DNA of 64,000 nucleotides, taken from positions 352,001-416,000 of the forward strand of contig CAVYRH010000004.1 in assembly GCA_963770835.1 (NCBI GenBank). Direction: 5' to 3'. The position numbers and the translations under genes were made by a program. Source of the stretch: an uncultured Pseudomonadota bacterium (GTDB taxonomy: Bacteria > Oederibacteriota > Muellerivitia > Muellerivitales > Muellerivitaceae). Positions 60,014-64,000 of the stretch are shown in pieces (position 1 is the stretch's first letter; the number at the start of each line of letters is the position of its first letter). The notes beneath the pieces were generated by a model that made no database searches, was not told the DNA's origin, and saw only the letters and a list, made by a program, of their open reading frames with translations.

Positions 60014-61108
60014 ATGAAAGTGTTTTCAAGTTGGGTTCTAATTTTGACTTTTCTTAATGTTGGCTTCCTAGAAGCCACCGAAAGCGCAGGATTTTCCGGG
60101 GACTTGAGCCTGGAAGGCGGCGGCATCCAAGGCCCTTCCAGCCTGGTCCAGAGCTATTCTTATTACCGGCTTTTCCTCCAGGACCAGGGCGACCTGGACC
60201 AGGAATTCTCCTATTGCCTCTCCGGCGAAGCCAATTGGCAGACCTTCACCCCCACCATCTCCATCGCCTGGCCCCTTTACCCCCAGAACAACCTTCTGCG
60301 GCTGGAAAGCAACAACATCGCCACGAGCCGCAACAATGATTATTATGGAGTCGAAATGGACCGGGCCTACCTGCGGTGGGCTTCCGGGCCCCTGGACCTC
60401 TCGACCGGCCTGATCAAGCCCCAGTGGGGAAGTTCCTTTTTCTACCGGCCCACCGATTATTTCTTTCCCCTTTCCCCCCTGCAATGGCAGGGAACCGAAC
60501 CCCTCGGCAGCGAGGGCTTGGACGCCTCCCTATTCCTCTTCGACGACTTGAGCCTGGAAGGAGCGGTGAGGGTTTTGGAGGGGGGGGATACGGAAGGGGT
60601 CGTGCGGCTGGTGGACAAGGGAATTGGCATCACCGTCACTCCCAGCGCCGCCTGGATGACCGGCCGCAACGCCTTCGGCCTGGAATTGGTGGGTACCTTT
60701 CCGACGGTGCAGGTCCGGCTGGAAGGAACCGATTGGCTCTACGCCGACCAGCGTACCGCGGCGAATTGGATCATCGGTTTTTCGACCTCCCATGAGGGCA
60801 TCAAGTACACCGCTGAGATTTTGCGAGATGAAACTGGGGAAATCCTGGGGGCCTATTCCGATATGGTGGGCCAAGCGACTTACGTTTATATGTCGGCGGA
60901 GGGGGCCTTTTTTAAACAGTGGAAGGCTTCCCCGGCGCTGGTGGTTCCTTTGGAAGGGGGCCCTTTCCTTTTCTGGCCCAAGATCAGCTGGGACTTCGCG
61001 CCCCAATGGAGCCTGGGCTTCCAAGGTCAGATTCTGCTGGGGAACTGGAAGGGGCCGTTGGACCTCTACCCTGGTCGCGTCGGGGGATCGCTTTCTTATT
61101 CCCTCTGA
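60014..61108 (+). CDS. Probable outer-membrane beta-barrel hypothetical protein
   Basis: Signal peptide; DRAYL, WG..F.Y.PTD.F.P, G.D motifs; terminal SLSYSL strand. Confidence 0.72.
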   Translation: MKVFSSWVLILTFLNVGFLEATESAGFSGDLSLEGGGIQGPSSLVQSYSYYRLFLQDQGDLDQEFSYCLSGEANWQTFTPTISIAWPLYPQNNLLRLESNNIATSRNNDYYGVEMDRAYLRWASGPLDLSTGLIKPQWGSSFFYRPTDYFFPLSPLQWQGTEPLGSEGLDASLFLFDDLSLEGAVRVLEGGDTEGVVRLVDKGIGITVTPSAAWMTGRNAFGLELVGTFPTVQVRLEGTDWLYADQRTAANWIIGFSTSHEGIKYTAEILRDETGEILGAYSDMVGQATYVYMSAEGAFFKQWKASPALVVPLEGGPFLFWPKISWDFAPQWSLGFQGQILLGNWKGPLDLYPGRVGGSLSYSL

Positions 61109-61111
61109 AAT

Positions 61112-61145
61112 AAAAAAGCCCGTCCCTGTAAGGGAACGGGCTTTT
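61112..61145. terminator. Bidirectional intrinsic terminator
   Basis: AAAAAAGCCCGTCCCT-gta-AGGGAACGGGCTTTT between convergent genes. Confidence 0.75.
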
Positions 61146-61157
61146 ACTTGATTGGAT

Positions 61158-62923
61158 TTAAGGTGCGAAAACCTTGATATAGCCGTTCCCGTTGTCATTG
61201 ACGTAGATGTTTCCATTGGAAGCGGTCGCGATCCCTGTGGGTCCGCCGGACCCGAACTGGCTGTTACCCGAGCCCAATCCGCCCCAACCTGTGATGTAAG
61301 TTCCGATATTACTGAAGACCTGAACGTTATTGTTGGTGGAGTCGCAAACGTAAATGTCGGATCCATCGGGATTCGCGGCTACCTGGATGGGGCCTTCAAA
61401 TTGACCCGCCCCGGTGCCGATGCTTCCGATCGTATAAAGAACCGTAGCGGCAGTATTGATTTCCAGCACATTCTTCCCCCCGGTGTTGGCGATGTAGAGG
61501 ACGTTGTAATAGGGGTCATAGGTGATTCCCTGGGGATAACTCATGCCCGTAATCTTGGCCGAGGTGTAGGTCGCCGACCAAGCGCCGCTGGAATTAATGA
61601 CCTGGATGCGGTCATTAAGATAGTCGCACACCCAGACATTACCGCTTCCATCCACGGCCAATCCCTGCGGGCCGTTGAATTGGCCGTTTCCGCTGCCTGA
61701 CGCCGTCACACCACCGGAAGGCAGTTCCCAGGCGAAGGTGCCGTTCGCGTTGAATTTCGTAACCCGGTTGCCGTTGTCGTCGCTCACGTAAACGTTCCCC
61801 GAAGAATCCGCGGCCACGCCGTAAACCGCGTTGAAATCCCCGTTGGCGGTCCCCCCGCTTCCGGTTCCAACGGTCGAAACGGAGGCGCCGGCCAAGTTGG
61901 TCACATAGGCGTAGCGAGCACCAGGCCCCACGTTGTAAATCATTCCCCCGCCTGAGGTGGAAAAAGCCAGCTGGCCATTCATAACGTTAGAGGAAGTGAG
62001 GGTGGAAAGGTAGGAATAGGGGACCGGGGTTAGGGTGATAGTGGGGGTGTTGGTAATGGTGGCGCTGGGGGTTGAGGTGGGGCTTTTGGTCGGCGTCGAG
62101 GTGGCGCTGTTGGTGGAGGTCGGGGTGGAGGTAGGCGTTGTGGTGGGGGTCGAGGTGGGAGCGCAGGTGCCCCCGCAAGATGTCGAAGTGGGAGTTGGTG
62201 TTGGGGTGCCAATAACGATCCCTTGGTTATCCAAATCGTAAACGTTAAGAATACCCGATCCGTTGGCGATGGTATTTGCGGTATTGTCGGCGTCGACGGC
62301 CACCAAATAACCCCCCGGCGAGGGATAGGCGGTGACGGGAATGGAAAAAGGAGAAACCGCGTTGGTCGTATAGGTCGTACTGCCATAGGTTGAAACCAAG
62401 GCCGCAGTTTCGACGTTAATGGAGTTTTCGTTGCCGGATACCGTCCAACTGACCTGGGAACCGCTGGCGGCGACCGTGATGTTGCCCGGTGCCGTCAGGG
62501 TGGCGGAGGCTGTCCCGGCCGAGGTGATGCTGGTGAGGCTGTAGGTTTGGCCGGGCTGATAGGTGAAGGAGCCGGTTGAGGTGTAATAACCGTAGTTTTT
62601 CCCGGAAATATTTACGGTGCTCGAGTAAGGAATTGTTACAGGAGCGGAAACACCGGTCCCCCGAGGATGACGGTGGCGCTGGAATTGGCCGCGCCATTAA
62701 CCTCAAGGTCCAAGTCGACCTCTGAAGAACCCGGGACCCCATTGTTGTCGGACCTTAAAACATCGGCCAGGCCCCAATAAATATTGGGGTTCGGGGTTGG
62801 AGTGATGGTGGGTGTAAAGGTGGCCGTGGGCGCGGCAGGGGCGGAGGGGCTATTTTTTGAGGGGCATCCGGATAAAGCAACCGCAATAACGAATATAAGG
62901 GCTAAGCCCATTCCATAACGCAT
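61158..62923 (-). pseudogene. Lipoprotein (beta-rich domain, Thr linker, NHL repeats) split by a 1-nt frameshift
   Basis: Lipobox LSGC at the 62923 start; frame switch at the C5 run 62658-62662; the second frame is open from 62657 to 61158; may be a sequencing error. Confidence 0.8.
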
Positions 62924-63184
62924 AGTCAGTCTCCATGAAAAATTTTTTGGAAAATTTGAAAGAAGGCTGGAGTCTACACGCATTACTTCAAAGGTTCTAT
63001 CTTTAATGAATAAAAAAGCCGTAAGTTTATTTTAATTTTGTTGCCCATAATAGGGCGGACCGGGTGGACAGATTTCGGGTTGCTGCTGATATCGGAACCG
63101 GGGTTTGAAGGTTGTTGGTCTGACCTTCCCCGGCCGGGTTTCAAAGGTATAATGCTCCCGCTTTATTTTTTTGAGAGGTTCGCA

Positions 63185-63718
63185 ATGAAAACCCCCGTTC
63201 TCCGTCCCAAGGAATTCCCCGAAAACCTCTTGCTCATCGGCATGTTTGGCAGCGGCAAGAGCACGGTGGGGCGCCTGCTGGCGCAAAAGCTCCGGTACCA
63301 TTTCGTGGACGTGGACCATTTGATCGAGGCCAAGTTCCGCCTGCCCCTTCAAAAGGTATTGGACAAGCTGGGGATGAAGGGCTTCATGAAAATAGAGGAT
63401 GAAACCCTCCAGGCCCTGCGTTACCGGCACTGCGTGATCGCTCCTGGTGGGAGCGCGGTGTATTACCCGAAGGGAATGCGACACTTGAAAAGCCTGGGGC
63501 CCTGCGTTTTCCTGAAGGCCGAACTGGAGGAACTTCAAAAACGCCTGCCCGACTGGTCCAACCGGGGCGTTGTTCGCAGGGGAGGGGAAACCCTACCAGC
63601 CCTTTATAAGGAAAGAGCCCCGCTTTTCAAGAAATACGCCGACCTCACTGTGGAAACGAAAGGCAAATCCACCTCCAAAATAGTCTTGGAAGTTTTAAAG
63701 AATCTTCAAAGCGAATGA
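63185..63718 (+). CDS. aroK: Shikimate kinase
   Basis: LIGMFGSGKSTVG..LA..L...F.D.D, VIAPGGS, ER..L...YAD. Confidence 0.88.
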   Translation: MKTPVLRPKEFPENLLLIGMFGSGKSTVGRLLAQKLRYHFVDVDHLIEAKFRLPLQKVLDKLGMKGFMKIEDETLQALRYRHCVIAPGGSAVYYPKGMRHLKSLGPCVFLKAELEELQKRLPDWSNRGVVRRGGETLPALYKERAPLFKKYADLTVETKGKSTSKIVLEVLKNLQSE

Positions 63719-64000
63719 CTCTCCGGTCTCCTTTTTCCAGGTTCGTGCATATTTCCTTCGAAGTCGGGATCGTGATGAAGGGAATCGATGGCGTACTCGA
63801 AGCGCTGGGGGCGTTGTTGTTGTCCTTTCTCTCCCCGGAACAAATAAACCGTGTGATTACTCTCCTGACTCAGCACGAACTCAGCCGGGACCCCAACGAT
63901 TTCATCGCCGGACATCTTTTGTCCGCGGCCCAAGGTTTTTCCGGGGGCACGAAAACATTCGCCATCCTTTACCTCTTTTCCCACGGAGTATTGAAGATCG
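63715..64000 (+). CDS. DUF2127-family membrane protein (partial, runs off the window)
   Basis: MTLRSPFSRFVHISFEVGIVMKGIDGVLE...ELSRDPNDFIA...YLFSHGVLKI; ATGA overlap with aroK. Confidence 0.8.
   Translation, partial: MTLRSPFSRFVHISFEVGIVMKGIDGVLEALGALLLSFLSPEQINRVITLLTQHELSRDPNDFIAGHLLSAAQGFSGGTKTFAILYLFSHGVLKI

Overview
GC-rich genomic DNA from a diderm bacterium. The many Thr/Pro-linker surface proteins ending in a 'YPNP..TTAFRK..ANGLYY..KxLVLR' domain recall candidate phylum FCPU426; this is my inference and was not checked. The window encodes many secreted and lipoprotein beta-propeller proteins (SBBP, NHL, kelch, PQQ-like) and CAZymes (GH5, GH43-malectin, alginate lyase-like). It also has tandem Deg and tandem rhomboid proteases, an HK/NarL pair, an ECF41-like sigma cluster, a Phd/PIN toxin-antitoxin pair, housekeeping genes, an IS5-family element and an IS200/IS605 TnpA element. 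The best finding is an 801-nt ORF-less group II intron (37639-38439) splitting the GH43 gene. It has an intact DV/DVI, EBS1/EBS2 that match the flanking exon, non-canonical ends (5'-UCGUG ... GC-3'), a decayed maturase remnant, and its removal restores the reading frame exactly. Other findings: dispersed palindromic 9-10-nt-period repeats (one next to a GxxExxY-like remnant, one encoding a signal peptide), a REP-carrying MITE with TIRs and an 8-bp TSD, face-to-face ECF41 promoters, active/pseudo-protease tandem pairs, a shared post-lipobox motif, an unannotated paralogous lipoprotein domain, a 19-aa hydrophobic small ORF and a homopolymer frameshift. No CRISPR array, rRNA or tRNA was seen.
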